From Coraliomargaritaceae bacterium (GTDB lineage Bacteria; Verrucomicrobiota; Verrucomicrobiia; Opitutales; Coraliomargaritaceae), in contig CBFHPB010000004.1 of assembly GCA_965657485.1 (NCBI GenBank), positions 1,947 through 65,946 of the forward strand: a stretch of DNA of 64,000 nt, given 5' to 3'. Positions within the stretch are counted from its first letter, which is position 1, and every line of letters begins with the position of its first letter. Positions 34,599-44,502 of this stretch are shown here, piece after piece. The notes beneath the pieces were generated by a model that was given only the letters and a program-made list of their open reading frames with translations, was not told the DNA's origin and ran no database searches. Position numbers and translations under genes: made by a program.

Positions 34599-35927
34599 AT
34601 GCTGAACCGAAGAGAATTTATTCGTAACCTCACACTCGCGAGCGCCTCTTTGCCGCTCTTCAACATCGCCCGCGCGGGTGTAACCGCGAGTTCGAAAATC
34701 AACCACGCCAGCTTCGGTGCCGGTGGTATGGCTTTTGCCGACATCAACTCACTGACTCGCTCCGATAAGATTAACCTCGTGGCGGTCGCAGAAGTCGACG
34801 AAACACGCCTTGGCCAATTGAAAGAAAAGTTTCCCGATGTAAAGCTGTACAAGGACTGGCGCGTCCTACTGGACAAAGAAGGTCATCACCTCGACTCGAT
34901 CAATGTATCTACGCCGGATCACATGCATGCCACGATGGGCGCTGCCGCGATGCAGCTCGGACTACATGTTTACGGTCAGAAACCGCTCGGCCAAACTCTG
35001 TATGAGACTCGACGCTTGGCCGAGATCGCCAAGGAAACCGGCGTCGTGACACAGCTCGGTATACAGCTGGCCTCCAGCATCTATGAACGCTTGACCGTGC
35101 AGATGGTACAAGACGGCGTGATCGGCAAAGTCAAAGAGGTCTATATTTTCACAAACAAAACCTGGGGCGACTCTGAGCCCTTACCGGATCGCTCCGACCC
35201 CATCCCTGAAACGCTCGAATGGGATCTCTGGTGCGGTGTTGCGGCGGAGCGCCCCTACATCGGCAACCAATACTATACACAGAACGGTTGGCGCAAACGA
35301 ATCGATTTTGGGACAGGCACGCTGGGCGACATGGGCTGCCATCTTTATAATGGAATGTACACAGCGCTAGCTCTGAGCCAGCCGATTTCCATCAGATCAA
35401 CCGGTGGCCAGCCGAACGCAACAAATTGGGCACTCGACGAAGCCTTTGAGTATGTCTTTCAGGGAACAGAATACACGGCAGAGTCGACCATCAAAGTACA
35501 TTGGTGCGATGGCTCGCTGCGGCCACCCGAAAAGTTCCTGGATATGTTCGGTGACAAAATGCCCGATCAGGGATCAATCTTTGTCGGAACTGAAGGCATT
35601 TTATTACAGCCACTTGGAAGAGTCCCGATCCCCTACCCACGCGAAAACTTCTCTGATTACAAGTATCCAAAGCTTGAGCCGCGCAACCACTACCTCGAGT
35701 TCGTCGATGCAATCGGTGATCGCAGTATCCAACCTATCACCGACTTCGCGAGACACGGCGGTCCGCTGACCGAAACTGTCTTACTCGGAGCTCTGGCCTC
35801 ACGCTTCCCGCAACAAACACTGGAATGGGATGCAAAGAACTTGCGCGTTAAGAACTTCGAAGAAGCCAACCAGTTTATCTCCAAGAGCTACCGCGAAGGT
35901 TGGGAAGTTAAAGGACTCTCTGCATGA
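34599..35927 (+). CDS. Tat-exported Gfo/Idh/MocA oxidoreductase
   Basis: NRREFI signal; FGAGGMA, STPDHMHA, VYGQKPL, LGDMGCH. Confidence 0.9.
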   Translation: MLNRREFIRNLTLASASLPLFNIARAGVTASSKINHASFGAGGMAFADINSLTRSDKINLVAVAEVDETRLGQLKEKFPDVKLYKDWRVLLDKEGHHLDSINVSTPDHMHATMGAAAMQLGLHVYGQKPLGQTLYETRRLAEIAKETGVVTQLGIQLASSIYERLTVQMVQDGVIGKVKEVYIFTNKTWGDSEPLPDRSDPIPETLEWDLWCGVAAERPYIGNQYYTQNGWRKRIDFGTGTLGDMGCHLYNGMYTALALSQPISIRSTGGQPNATNWALDEAFEYVFQGTEYTAESTIKVHWCDGSLRPPEKFLDMFGDKMPDQGSIFVGTEGILLQPLGRVPIPYPRENFSDYKYPKLEPRNHYLEFVDAIGDRSIQPITDFARHGGPLTETVLLGALASRFPQQTLEWDAKNLRVKNFEEANQFISKSYREGWEVKGLSA

Positions 35928-36889
35928 GGATTGGCATCATCGGACTCGGATTCATGGGGGGCATGCATTTAAATGCATGGCAACAGATCGCCGGCGCACA
36001 GATTGCCGCAGTGTGCACCGCAAACCCAATTTCCAAACAAGCCAAGCAAGGCAACATCGGTTCAACTTCGGGCGAGCTGAATCTAGAAGGCATTGCCGCC
36101 TATACCGACATTGCAGAAATGCTGGTCAACGAATCTCTGGATGCAGTCTCGATCACTTTACCAACACACCTACATAAGGCGATCTCCATCCAATGCCTTG
36201 AGGCGGGCGTGCATGTGCTCTGCGAAAAGCCGATGGCTCTAAACACAGAAGACTGCGAGGCAATGATCTCCGCAGCCAAAAGTGCTGGCAAAGAACTGAT
36301 GATCGCTCATTGCATTCGCTTTTGGCCAGCCTACGCATGGCTAAGGCAGGCCGTCGAGCAAGCAACATACGGCAAAGCATACTCCGCAAATTTTGAGCGA
36401 CTCTCCAGTATGCCCACGTGGAGCAAGGACTCGTGGTTTTCCGACCCCAAGAAAAGTGGCGGCATCGCACTCGACCTTCACATTCACGACCTGGACTTTA
36501 TTCAGCATCTATTCGGAGCCACCAATCAGATTAATTCGCGGACAGTAAAACTGAAAGACGGGAATCCGAGATACATTCAATCATGGATCGACTATCCAGA
36601 GAATAGAACAGTTACCGCAACTGCGAGTTGGATGATGCCCGAGTCCTTCGGGTTCAAGATGGCATTCAATGTTACTTTCGAAAACGCGGCCGTGGTCTTT
36701 GACGGGCAGACACTCGAGGTTTTCCCAAATGACGCAGAAGCATTCAGCCCAGAGTTGGCGGAGGGCGACGGATACCGGCACGAGATTCAATACTTCGCCG
36801 ATCTCATACGAGGCGAAGCCAAGGAAATAATCATCACTCCCGAGCAGGCCGCCGAATCGGTACGTATGGCCTTGGAAACGATCTTATGA
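35924..36889 (+). CDS. Cytoplasmic Gfo/Idh/MocA oxidoreductase
   Basis: IGIIGLGFMG, LPTHLH, VLCEKPM, SGGIALDLHIHDLD; ATGA overlap with the upstream gene. Confidence 0.9.
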   Translation: MRIGIIGLGFMGGMHLNAWQQIAGAQIAAVCTANPISKQAKQGNIGSTSGELNLEGIAAYTDIAEMLVNESLDAVSITLPTHLHKAISIQCLEAGVHVLCEKPMALNTEDCEAMISAAKSAGKELMIAHCIRFWPAYAWLRQAVEQATYGKAYSANFERLSSMPTWSKDSWFSDPKKSGGIALDLHIHDLDFIQHLFGATNQINSRTVKLKDGNPRYIQSWIDYPENRTVTATASWMMPESFGFKMAFNVTFENAAVVFDGQTLEVFPNDAEAFSPELAEGDGYRHEIQYFADLIRGEAKEIIITPEQAAESVRMALETIL

Positions 36890-37668
36890 ACAATCGAACC
36901 GCTATTTGCAGCTGGTCACTGAAGAACGATTTAGCTCGTGTTTCATCTACCCTCCAGAACACAGGCCTCAGTTGCCTACATCTTGACGTTTCTGCAATCG
37001 AGACATTCAAGGACGCGATTCTCGACAAGGGGTGGACGGTCAATTGCACGATGGTCAGCTTCCCACAGGAAGACTACACCACTCTGGATACAATCCGGAC
37101 AAGCGGCGGCATCCTACCCGACGCGGAATGGCCGCAGAACCGAGAACTCGCACTCAATGCGATCAAAGCCACCGCGGCGATGAAGGTCCCCTATCTCTCG
37201 ACCCATGCCGGGTTCATCGACCACACAGACCCCGTTGCTTACAGCGCGTTTTGCGAGCGTATGCGTGAACTGGCGAAAGCGGCTCAAGCAGCGGGCATCA
37301 TGCTGCTGATGGAAACAGGACAGGAAACTGCGGAGGAACTCCGCGACTTTCTACAACATCTGAACCACCCGGCAGTCGGCGTAAACTTCGACCCAGCCAA
37401 TATGATACTCTATGCCAAGGGCGATCCGATTGAAGCAGTTCGTATCTTAGCTCCATGGATCAAGCATGTGCATTACAAAGACGCCCTCGCGACAAAAGTA
37501 AGCGGTGAATGGGGACGAGAAGTACCTTGGGGCGACGGTGAAGTCGGCACCTCCGAATTTCTAAAAGCCTTAGAAGAAATAAACTATAACGGCACCGGCG
37601 CGATCGAGCGTGAAGCCGGCGATCAGCGAGAAGAAGATATTCTCTATGCCACTAAACAATTAAACTGA
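36886..37668 (+). CDS. Sugar phosphate isomerase/epimerase family (TIM barrel)
   Basis: METGQE, NFDPANMILY, HVHYKD, WGDGEV, AIERE; ATGA overlap. Confidence 0.88.
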   Translation: MNNRTAICSWSLKNDLARVSSTLQNTGLSCLHLDVSAIETFKDAILDKGWTVNCTMVSFPQEDYTTLDTIRTSGGILPDAEWPQNRELALNAIKATAAMKVPYLSTHAGFIDHTDPVAYSAFCERMRELAKAAQAAGIMLLMETGQETAEELRDFLQHLNHPAVGVNFDPANMILYAKGDPIEAVRILAPWIKHVHYKDALATKVSGEWGREVPWGDGEVGTSEFLKALEEINYNGTGAIEREAGDQREEDILYATKQLN

Positions 37669-37673
37669 ATCAA

Positions 37674-38909
37674 ATGACCAAATCTACAATGCCCCCATCC
37701 GTCTACTCGCGACTCGCGATCATGATGTTCCTTCAATTTTTCATCTGGGGTGCATGGTTTGTTACTTTGGCGACCTACCTATCACAAGGACTGGGTTTTG
37801 AACCCGGACAGATCGGGCGTGCCTACAGTTCGATGCCGTGGGGCGCAGTCATCGCACCATTCATTGTCGGTATGATCGCCGACCGTTTCTTTGCCGCAGA
37901 AAAAGTCATGGCCTTTATGCATATTGTCGGCGGCGCTCTACTGATCTATGCGAGCACGATTACCAACTCCGCCGTTCTGTTCTGGGTATTGTTGGCATAC
38001 GCCATTTGCTACAACCCCACCCTAGGCTTGGTAAACGCCATTTCGTTCAACCAAATGGAAAATCCGGAAAAGCAGTTCCCCGGCATCCGTGTCTACGGCA
38101 CCATCGGCTGGATTGTGGCCGGCCTACTCATCGGCTTCCTCAAGATTGAAGCGCAAAGCACCCCCATCTTGATCGCTGGTGGCGCCTCCATTTTACTCGG
38201 CATCTATTCGATCTTTCTGCCTGCCACTCCGCCAAAATCACTTGGCCACAAAGTGACCGTTCGCGATGTGCTGGGCTTGGACACACTGAAGCTGATGAAG
38301 CAACGCTCCTTTGCCATTTTTGTGATCGGCTCCCTGCTGATCTGTATCCCGCTGGCCTTCTACTACAACTTCGCAAACTTGTTCCTCAACATGGCCGGCG
38401 TTGAGAATGCCGCGGGCAAGATGACCCTCGGCCAGATGTCAGAGATCGTCTTCATGATCGTGATGCCCTTCTTCTTCGTTCGACTCGGTGTAAAGAAGAT
38501 GCTTCTCATCGGTATGCTCGCGTGGGTCGTGCGCTATCTGCTCTTTGCCTTCGGCACGGCTGAATCACTGGTCTGGATGTTTTATCTCGGCATCCTGCTA
38601 CACGGCATCTGTTACGACTTCTTCTTCGTTACCGGACAAATCTACGTCGATAGGACTGCGCCGAAAGCCATTCAGGCCCAGGCGCAGGGCTTTATCGCAT
38701 TCATCACCTACGGCGTGGGTATGGTGATCGGCGCAAATCTGGCCGGAGAAGTTGCGCAGCGATTCACCACAATGAACACCGTCGACGGATTGACCGAACA
38801 GGTTATGCAATGGCAACAGATCTGGCTCTTCCCTGCCATCGTGGCGGGAGTCATTATGATCCTCTTCGCCATTTTATTTACGGACGAAAAGCCAAGCAAA
38901 GAAAGCTGA
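37674..38909 (+). CDS. MFS permease, nucleoside:H+ symporter (NupG-like) family
   Basis: MMFLQFFIWGAW, GMIADRFFAAEK, FPGIRVYGTIGW, MTLGQMSE, LHGICYDFFFVTGQIYVD. Confidence 0.88.
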   Translation: MTKSTMPPSVYSRLAIMMFLQFFIWGAWFVTLATYLSQGLGFEPGQIGRAYSSMPWGAVIAPFIVGMIADRFFAAEKVMAFMHIVGGALLIYASTITNSAVLFWVLLAYAICYNPTLGLVNAISFNQMENPEKQFPGIRVYGTIGWIVAGLLIGFLKIEAQSTPILIAGGASILLGIYSIFLPATPPKSLGHKVTVRDVLGLDTLKLMKQRSFAIFVIGSLLICIPLAFYYNFANLFLNMAGVENAAGKMTLGQMSEIVFMIVMPFFFVRLGVKKMLLIGMLAWVVRYLLFAFGTAESLVWMFYLGILLHGICYDFFFVTGQIYVDRTAPKAIQAQAQGFIAFITYGVGMVIGANLAGEVAQRFTTMNTVDGLTEQVMQWQQIWLFPAIVAGVIMILFAILFTDEKPSKES

Positions 38910-39009
38910 TACTAATTCATAGAATATGAGAATCCACCTCATTCGGCCCCTAGCTCTCTAAGCACTTAGAATCACAGGGACTGCCCACATCTAGAAGCCA
39001 ATCATAACT

Positions 39010-40059
39010 ATGTTTCGTATAACTCAGCTCCTGATTCTATCAATCGCACTAGCTTGTGCCTCATTCGCCGCAGAGAAGAAGGACCGTGCAATGCCCGAGC
39101 ACGAAGATATCGAAGCCAGCAAAGAGGAGAAGGTGTTCAATAAGGAATCCCCTTCCTATAAACCTGAAATCAGCGAGGGTGAAGCGAGAATCAGCGAGGG
39201 TGAAGCGAGAATCAGCGGCAAGAAAGATAAATACACGACGAAGACAGGAATGATGCCCATCCTGGATGCAGGAGGCGAGTTGAAGGCAAAAGTCTTCTTT
39301 GTATACTATCAGGCTGAATCCAAAGACAGCGAATTACGCCCTGTAACTTTCTGTTTCAATGGCGGACCAGGCTCGTCGGCCGTTTGACTCCATCTTGGCG
39401 GACTAGGCTCCAAAAGAGTCGACACACTACTTGACGGCCGCATGCCGGAAGCGATCGCAGCGGTCGTCGACAATCCAAATTCGATACTGGATGCGACCGA
39501 CCTCGTATTTATCGACCCCGTGCAGACCGGACTCAGCCGTGCGGTTGAAGACGAGGAAGCCGATCAATTCCACAGCGTGAATAAAGACATCGAATCAGTC
39601 TCTGAATTTATCCGTCAATTCTGCTCGCAGGAAGAACGCTAGGCTTCTCCAAAGTTCCTCTGTGGCGAAAGCTATATCGGTGTTCGCAGCCATCAATCAC
39701 TACGTGCGCACCAGGCTCGGCTACGACGGCGACCACCCCTACAACGTTATGGCTCGCCTCAAGTGGCGCTTCACTCCTTTCACTAATCGCTCCATGTCTA
39801 TGGAAGAGAGCCTAAGCAGTGCGATGAAGGAGAATCCATCCATGAAGGTCTTAATTATGGTCGGCCTTCGCGACATCGTCGTATCGGAAGATGCGATGCG
39901 CTACAGCATCGACCACCTGCCGATCCCAGACTCGCTTGAGATAACATACAGTTCGTCCGCTACCAGAGCGGACATATGATGTATTTTGAGAAAGAGGGCG
40001 CCAAGAAATTCAGAAACGATTCCCTCGAGTTTATCGACAGCTGCTTGGCTAAATCGTAG
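39010..40059 (+). pseudogene. S10 family serine carboxypeptidase pseudogene
   Basis: FNGGPGSSAV*LHLGG (TGA 39385-39387), DLVFIDPVQTGLS, R*ASPKFLCGESY (TAG 39640-39642), apparent deletion after GESY, frameshifts, and a GHMMY catalytic-His motif near the end. Confidence 0.85.
39168..39217 (+). repeat. 21-nt tandem duplication (2.4 copies)
   Basis: AATCAGCGAGGGTGAAGCGAG x2 plus AATCAGCG, encoding ISEGEAR-ISEGEAR-IS. Confidence 0.9.
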
Positions 40060-40077
40060 CTTTGCCTCTCTGCGGGC

Positions 40078-40284
40078 TTAAAAGCTTGCTTCAAAGCTCT
40101 GCCGCATGAGCTCACGAACGTCGGCACCTTCCTGCCATTCATTGCCATCGAGTCCGTATAGAAGCACGGGGTCGAACCAAGCGTTTTGAATGAGCTGATA
40201 GATCAATTCTTCCACTGAGAGGCATTTTCTAACCTCGCGAGCTTGCAGTTCCAATTCAACAGAGTCGAGACAATGTCTGCTCAC
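40078..40284 (-). CDS. Small hypothetical protein
   Basis: 68-aa ORF filling an intergenic gap with protein-like composition; no motif recognised. Confidence 0.35.
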   Translation of the reverse strand: MSRHCLDSVELELQAREVRKCLSVEELIYQLIQNAWFDPVLLYGLDGNEWQEGADVRELMRQSFEASF

Positions 40285-40357
40285 TGCGAGCGGAACCCCT
40301 TCCCTTTTTTAAGTCTGACGATTGACCCAGGCTAAAATCGCAGTCATAGCCATTAGT

Positions 40358-41548
40358 ATGAAGTTTCGTCGTTTTGGTCGCACCGATTTGGATTTGTCTG
40401 TCTTTAGCTTTGGCGGGATGCGACTGCCGCGCGGATTTGAGAAAGATATTACACCTAAAGATCTCACTACGGCAGAGTGTGATGAAATCTGCGCCACCCT
40501 GAATCGCAGCTTCAAGTTGGGTATCAATCATGTGGAAACCGCCAGCAGCTACGTAAATTCGGAGCAATGGCTCGGGTTCGCACTGAAGCCTTATGCTAGA
40601 GACAGCTACTACCTTCAGACGAAAGTAACCCCCAAGCCGAATCCCAAAGAATTCGAGGCGGAATTGGAAAGATCCATGCGCATCTTGGAGGTGGATTATT
40701 TGGATCTGTTTTCCTTCCATGGAATCAACGAGCAACAGGAACTGGATTGGACTCTGCGGCCGGGCGGTTGCATGGAGGTGGTTCGCCGCTGGCAAAAGGA
40801 GGGGCGTATTCGCCATGTCGGCTTCTCAACACACGGAGCATGTTCAATGATCATGAAAGCGATCCGTACCGGCGAATTCGACTATGTAAATTTGCATTGG
40901 TATTTCATCAACCAAACCAACTGGCCAGCTGTAGTCGCCGCCCAGGAGTTCGATATGGGCGTGTTCATCATCAGCCCGACAGACAAAGGTGGACAGTTGT
41001 TCAAGCCCCCGCAGAAGTTGATCGACGTATGCGCACCGCTTCACCCGATTACCTTTAACGATCTATTTTGTCTGAGTCGCCCAGAGGTACATACACTAAG
41101 CCTTGGTGCAGCACGCCCCTCCGACTACGACGAGCACATCGACGCACTGGAATATTATGATCGTGCCGACACCTGGGTCGTACCAATCGAAGCACGCTTC
41201 AACGAGGCGATGGAGACGGCGCTCGGTAAGGACTGGTGGCCGGGCTATGCGGAGGGTCTGCCATGGTATACGGACGTACCCGGCGAACTTAATCTGCCCT
41301 ATATCCTGCGCCTGTGGAGCCTGACCAAAGGCATGGATATGTTAGACTATGGTAAATACCGCTATGGTATGATTGAAAGTGGCGATGGCGGCAACTGGAT
41401 GGGCGGCACCCCTGCGGTTGATTTTGACGAAGATGCGATTCTGCAAATTGTCGCCAAACACCCGAACCGCGACCGCATTCTCCCAGCCCTACACGAAGCC
41501 CATGAACTTCTGCACGGAAGGAAACAGAAGCGCTTGAGCACCAATTGA
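40358..41548 (+). CDS. Aldo/keto reductase family protein
   Basis: RRFGRT..FSFGGMR, GINHVETASSY, LQTK, DLFSFHGIN, HVGFSTHG; ATG at 40358. Confidence 0.9.
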   Translation: MKFRRFGRTDLDLSVFSFGGMRLPRGFEKDITPKDLTTAECDEICATLNRSFKLGINHVETASSYVNSEQWLGFALKPYARDSYYLQTKVTPKPNPKEFEAELERSMRILEVDYLDLFSFHGINEQQELDWTLRPGGCMEVVRRWQKEGRIRHVGFSTHGACSMIMKAIRTGEFDYVNLHWYFINQTNWPAVVAAQEFDMGVFIISPTDKGGQLFKPPQKLIDVCAPLHPITFNDLFCLSRPEVHTLSLGAARPSDYDEHIDALEYYDRADTWVVPIEARFNEAMETALGKDWWPGYAEGLPWYTDVPGELNLPYILRLWSLTKGMDMLDYGKYRYGMIESGDGGNWMGGTPAVDFDEDAILQIVAKHPNRDRILPALHEAHELLHGRKQKRLSTN

Positions 41549-41660
41549 CACTGGTCAAACACGCCAAGCAACGGTAGGCTGATACTGCACGACGCCCCTA
41601 AAGCGACCAAGCCAGCTTGGCCGAAATACAACTAAACCCAAAATCCAGAACCCTCTTTTA

Positions 41661-42539
41661 TTAAAACCTCGGAATAAATATTGATGAGCTACCTAGAAAC
41701 TCATCGGTGATTGGATGTCGAATTTCGCAGGCTGCAAAGTTTTCCGGGCTACCGAATTTATTGCGCAAGATCAAATACCTGCGGGCAATCTCACGAGCCT
41801 CCGCGCCGTAGTCTACCCGAACGTCCTCTTTAGGCCACCACTTGAACACTAGGTTATCCTCCCCTATATCTAGTGAGACAGAACCATAGTTCTGGTGGCA
41901 CCATATTCGCATTTCCGACCAAAACTCTGCATCGCCTCGCTCTGTCCCCAGGCGAAAACGGACCCTCGAGAATCGCTTTAGATCATCGAAAACGACTGGT
42001 TCGAGTTCGTATTTTCCCTCATACTTTTCTTCAAACCAGTTCACGAAAGTAGTCTCATGGACCGAAAGACTCAAATAATTGCCGCCAATTCTGCCAAGAA
42101 CTTCACCATTCGAAGTTAACGCTTCGACAGCAATAATCATCCCTTCGGAGAATTGCATAAACCCATATTCTTTTTCGTTGTAGCGTATCTTAACTTTCTT
42201 ATTCACCGCCAATGGGAGGCTTTTAGGCCAGAGGTATTTCTGCCTACTGATATCCTCCATTGAAATCGATTGAATTGGCGGTGGGGCAGCCGGAACCTCC
42301 TGAGTGGGCTCAAGCATCACGACTTCCTCCTCTACCTCCGTAAGTTCTGTTTCTTCAACCTCCTCTTCGCTCTCAGACCTGAAACCATCAATTAGGGCAC
42401 GGATAGATTTTGCTATCTCTGAATCTTCGGTTTGATAGGCCCAGTATACAAGCAGCGACATGCTGAAACCACATATGAAGATTACGGAGCATACTCCAGC
42501 CACGCTTATACGTCGTGTTTTTTTGTTCTCTATGACCAT
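41661..42539 (-). CDS. Hypothetical membrane-anchored protein
   Basis: Single N-terminal TM helix, acidic/Pro-rich linker, globular C-terminus; ATG at 42539 (ORF track starts at 42602). Confidence 0.65.
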   Translation of the reverse strand: MVIENKKTRRISVAGVCSVIFICGFSMSLLVYWAYQTEDSEIAKSIRALIDGFRSESEEEVEETELTEVEEEVVMLEPTQEVPAAPPPIQSISMEDISRQKYLWPKSLPLAVNKKVKIRYNEKEYGFMQFSEGMIIAVEALTSNGEVLGRIGGNYLSLSVHETTFVNWFEEKYEGKYELEPVVFDDLKRFSRVRFRLGTERGDAEFWSEMRIWCHQNYGSVSLDIGEDNLVFKWWPKEDVRVDYGAEAREIARRYLILRNKFGSPENFAACEIRHPITDEFLGSSSIFIPRF

Positions 42540-42626
42540 CTGCGTAAAATACTGAACTAAGAGACGCGCTCTCTGCGATAAGAAAGAAAACGAATACTTC
42601 AAATAATATGTAATTTTTCAGGCTCA

Positions 42627-42881
42627 TTAGAATGGCTCACGCAAGATAAGTTCCTTTTCCGCTTTGGATAGTCTCTTTAAGCGACGCTCTTCAATGAGCG
42701 CTTCCGACCTGGATCCAACCGATTCTTTATAGACAAGTTCCAACGGACCACGCCCTCGAAGATACTTGGCCGACTTAGGGCCCGCGGCAGAATGCTCTTT
42801 GAAGCGACGGGCAACATCTGTGCTAATCCCAGTATATAGTGATCCACCTCTGCATCGAATAATGTAAACCGACCAGCTCAT
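42627..42881 (-). CDS. GIY-YIG nuclease family protein (UPF0213-like)
   Basis: VYIIRCRGGSLYTGISTDVARRFKEH..AKYLRGRGPLELVY..RSEALIEERRLK. Confidence 0.9.
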   Translation of the reverse strand: MSWSVYIIRCRGGSLYTGISTDVARRFKEHSAAGPKSAKYLRGRGPLELVYKESVGSRSEALIEERRLKRLSKAEKELILREPF

Positions 42882-43282
42882 CAAAAAGACCTCTCGATTA
42901 TTTCACTGCCCAGATAATGCCAGCATCCTGAATAGCGCTTAGAACAGGATTTTTCGTGATGAAGTGATTTCTGCACATCTCGAATATGAGTAGCCGCGAA
43001 TTCAGCTCTGCCGGCCTTATCTAACACCCTCTTTTTAGTGGAGCCCTGCCTTTCAAGCCCGACCGGCCGTATATTGTCGTAAGTCGATTCATTAACTGCT
43101 TTGAGATTTCGCTTACGCACCAACCAATGCGTCGTATCAAAATGATAATTCAACTCACCCAGAACGTATGCCACACAGCAAGAACCTACCATGACTCCTG
43201 CAGTCAATGGAAGCGATCGACTAAAATGATATTTCGGGCAACAATTTCCATAATCGAGACCACTACTAGATGAACAATTCAT
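42881..43282 (-). CDS. Uncertain hypothetical ORF, possibly degraded
   Basis: 133 aa; its TGA overlaps the GIY-YIG ATG (TGATG), but no motif is recognised and it abuts the IS3 end. Confidence 0.3.
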   Translation of the reverse strand: MNCSSSSGLDYGNCCPKYHFSRSLPLTAGVMVGSCCVAYVLGELNYHFDTTHWLVRKRNLKAVNESTYDNIRPVGLERQGSTKKRVLDKAGRAEFAATHIRDVQKSLHHEKSCSKRYSGCWHYLGSEIIERSF

Positions 43283-43408
43283 ACTTACATGAAAGATTCG
43301 ATTTGGTTAATATTAAGCCCTAAGAGCATTTCTATTAAAACTAATTACCAACAAGTTCTGGTTTGCTTGTAAGAGCGAAAGCTACTTCAGTTAAATGCGT
43401 TACAATTA

Positions 43409-44491
43409 TGATGTGTCCTAAGATTGCTTGACAGAGGATTCCGTTATTCGCGTGTGGTTATGATGTTTAGTTGTGGTTGATGCAAGCGGTTAGGCTAGCT
43501 CCTATGTCCCGCATGGGGGGGGCGCGATTTTTTCTTCGAACTGGACCGGATTTTTATAGCCCAGCGAGGAGTGTTTTCTGAACCTGTTATAAAATACCTC
43601 GATATACTCGCAGGCATTGCTGCGGGCAGCTGCTTCATCGAAGAATACTTCATCAGCGACGGTCGAGGTTTTGTATCTGCCGTAAATGGATACCTGTGCG
43701 GCGTTATCCTAGCAATTGCCCTTCGCGATCATGCTCTGTTCGATCCCAAAGCTCCTGAGCATGGCCTCATAGTCATAGCTGGCTTAAGTACTGTCCCGGT
43801 CGCTGTGGTGAACCAGGCCCTCCGGCAACTCTCCCCGCCGCGTCAACACGGCGCATTGCAGAGCATGGCAGACCAGCTTTGAGTCGTTCCGTGAGGAGAC
43901 GCTCCAACCGATGATCCGCCGGCTGTAGAGATCCATCACCGTTGCCAGGTAACACCAGCCATGCTGGACCCGCAGGTAGGTGGGGTCTGCCACCCAGACC
44001 CGGTCACAGGCATCGGGCTGTCCAAGTTCCCTCAGAAGGTTTGGACTGTAGCCGAAGTCGTGCTTGCTGTTGGTGCCCAGAGGCTTGAAGCGCTTCTTTT
44101 GCCTGCCTTCGATACCCAGCTCCTTCATCAGCCGAAGGGTCCGGTCCCGAGCGCACTCAAAGGACTCGTCCTTCAAGTGTTCGCGGATCGGGCGGTGCCC
44201 GTAGCGGCCACGGGCCTGCTTGCGCAGCTGTGCCAGCTCAGCCGCCATCTCCTTGGGGCTCTGCGCACCTTCTGGCGCATCCCGCCTCCAGCTGGTCCAA
44301 GTGCATCTGCTTCCAGCTGCAAAGAACCCCTTCAAGCACCCAAATTGCTGCGAAACCTCCTTCACCGGGGTCCCGTCGATTAGTATCAGTTTGACTGCCT
44401 CTTGTTTGAACTCGGCAGTAAAGCGTTGTCTCTTTATGGTATCATCCTCTTTTTAAGAGTATCCCATGTCCAGTTTTCTCAGGACACATCA
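43409..44491 (-). mobile_element. Decayed IS3-family insertion sequence with both terminal IRs
   Basis: IRs TGATGTGTCCTAAGATTGCTTGACA (43409-43433) and TGATGTGTCCTGAGAAAACTGGACA (44491-44467); orfA start decayed to ATA, internal deletion fusing orfA to orfB, integrase core WVADPTY..MDLYSRRIIGW..HHSDR with stops at 43786-43784 and 43711-43709. Confidence 0.92.
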
Positions 44492-44502
44492 GAAACATTC
44501 GG

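Noticed and set aside
39385-39387. TGA at a conserved Trp suggesting genetic code 4/25
   Set aside because: The next conserved Trp is TAG, the gene has other lesions, TGG is used normally, and TGA terminates oppA, argD and nadB.
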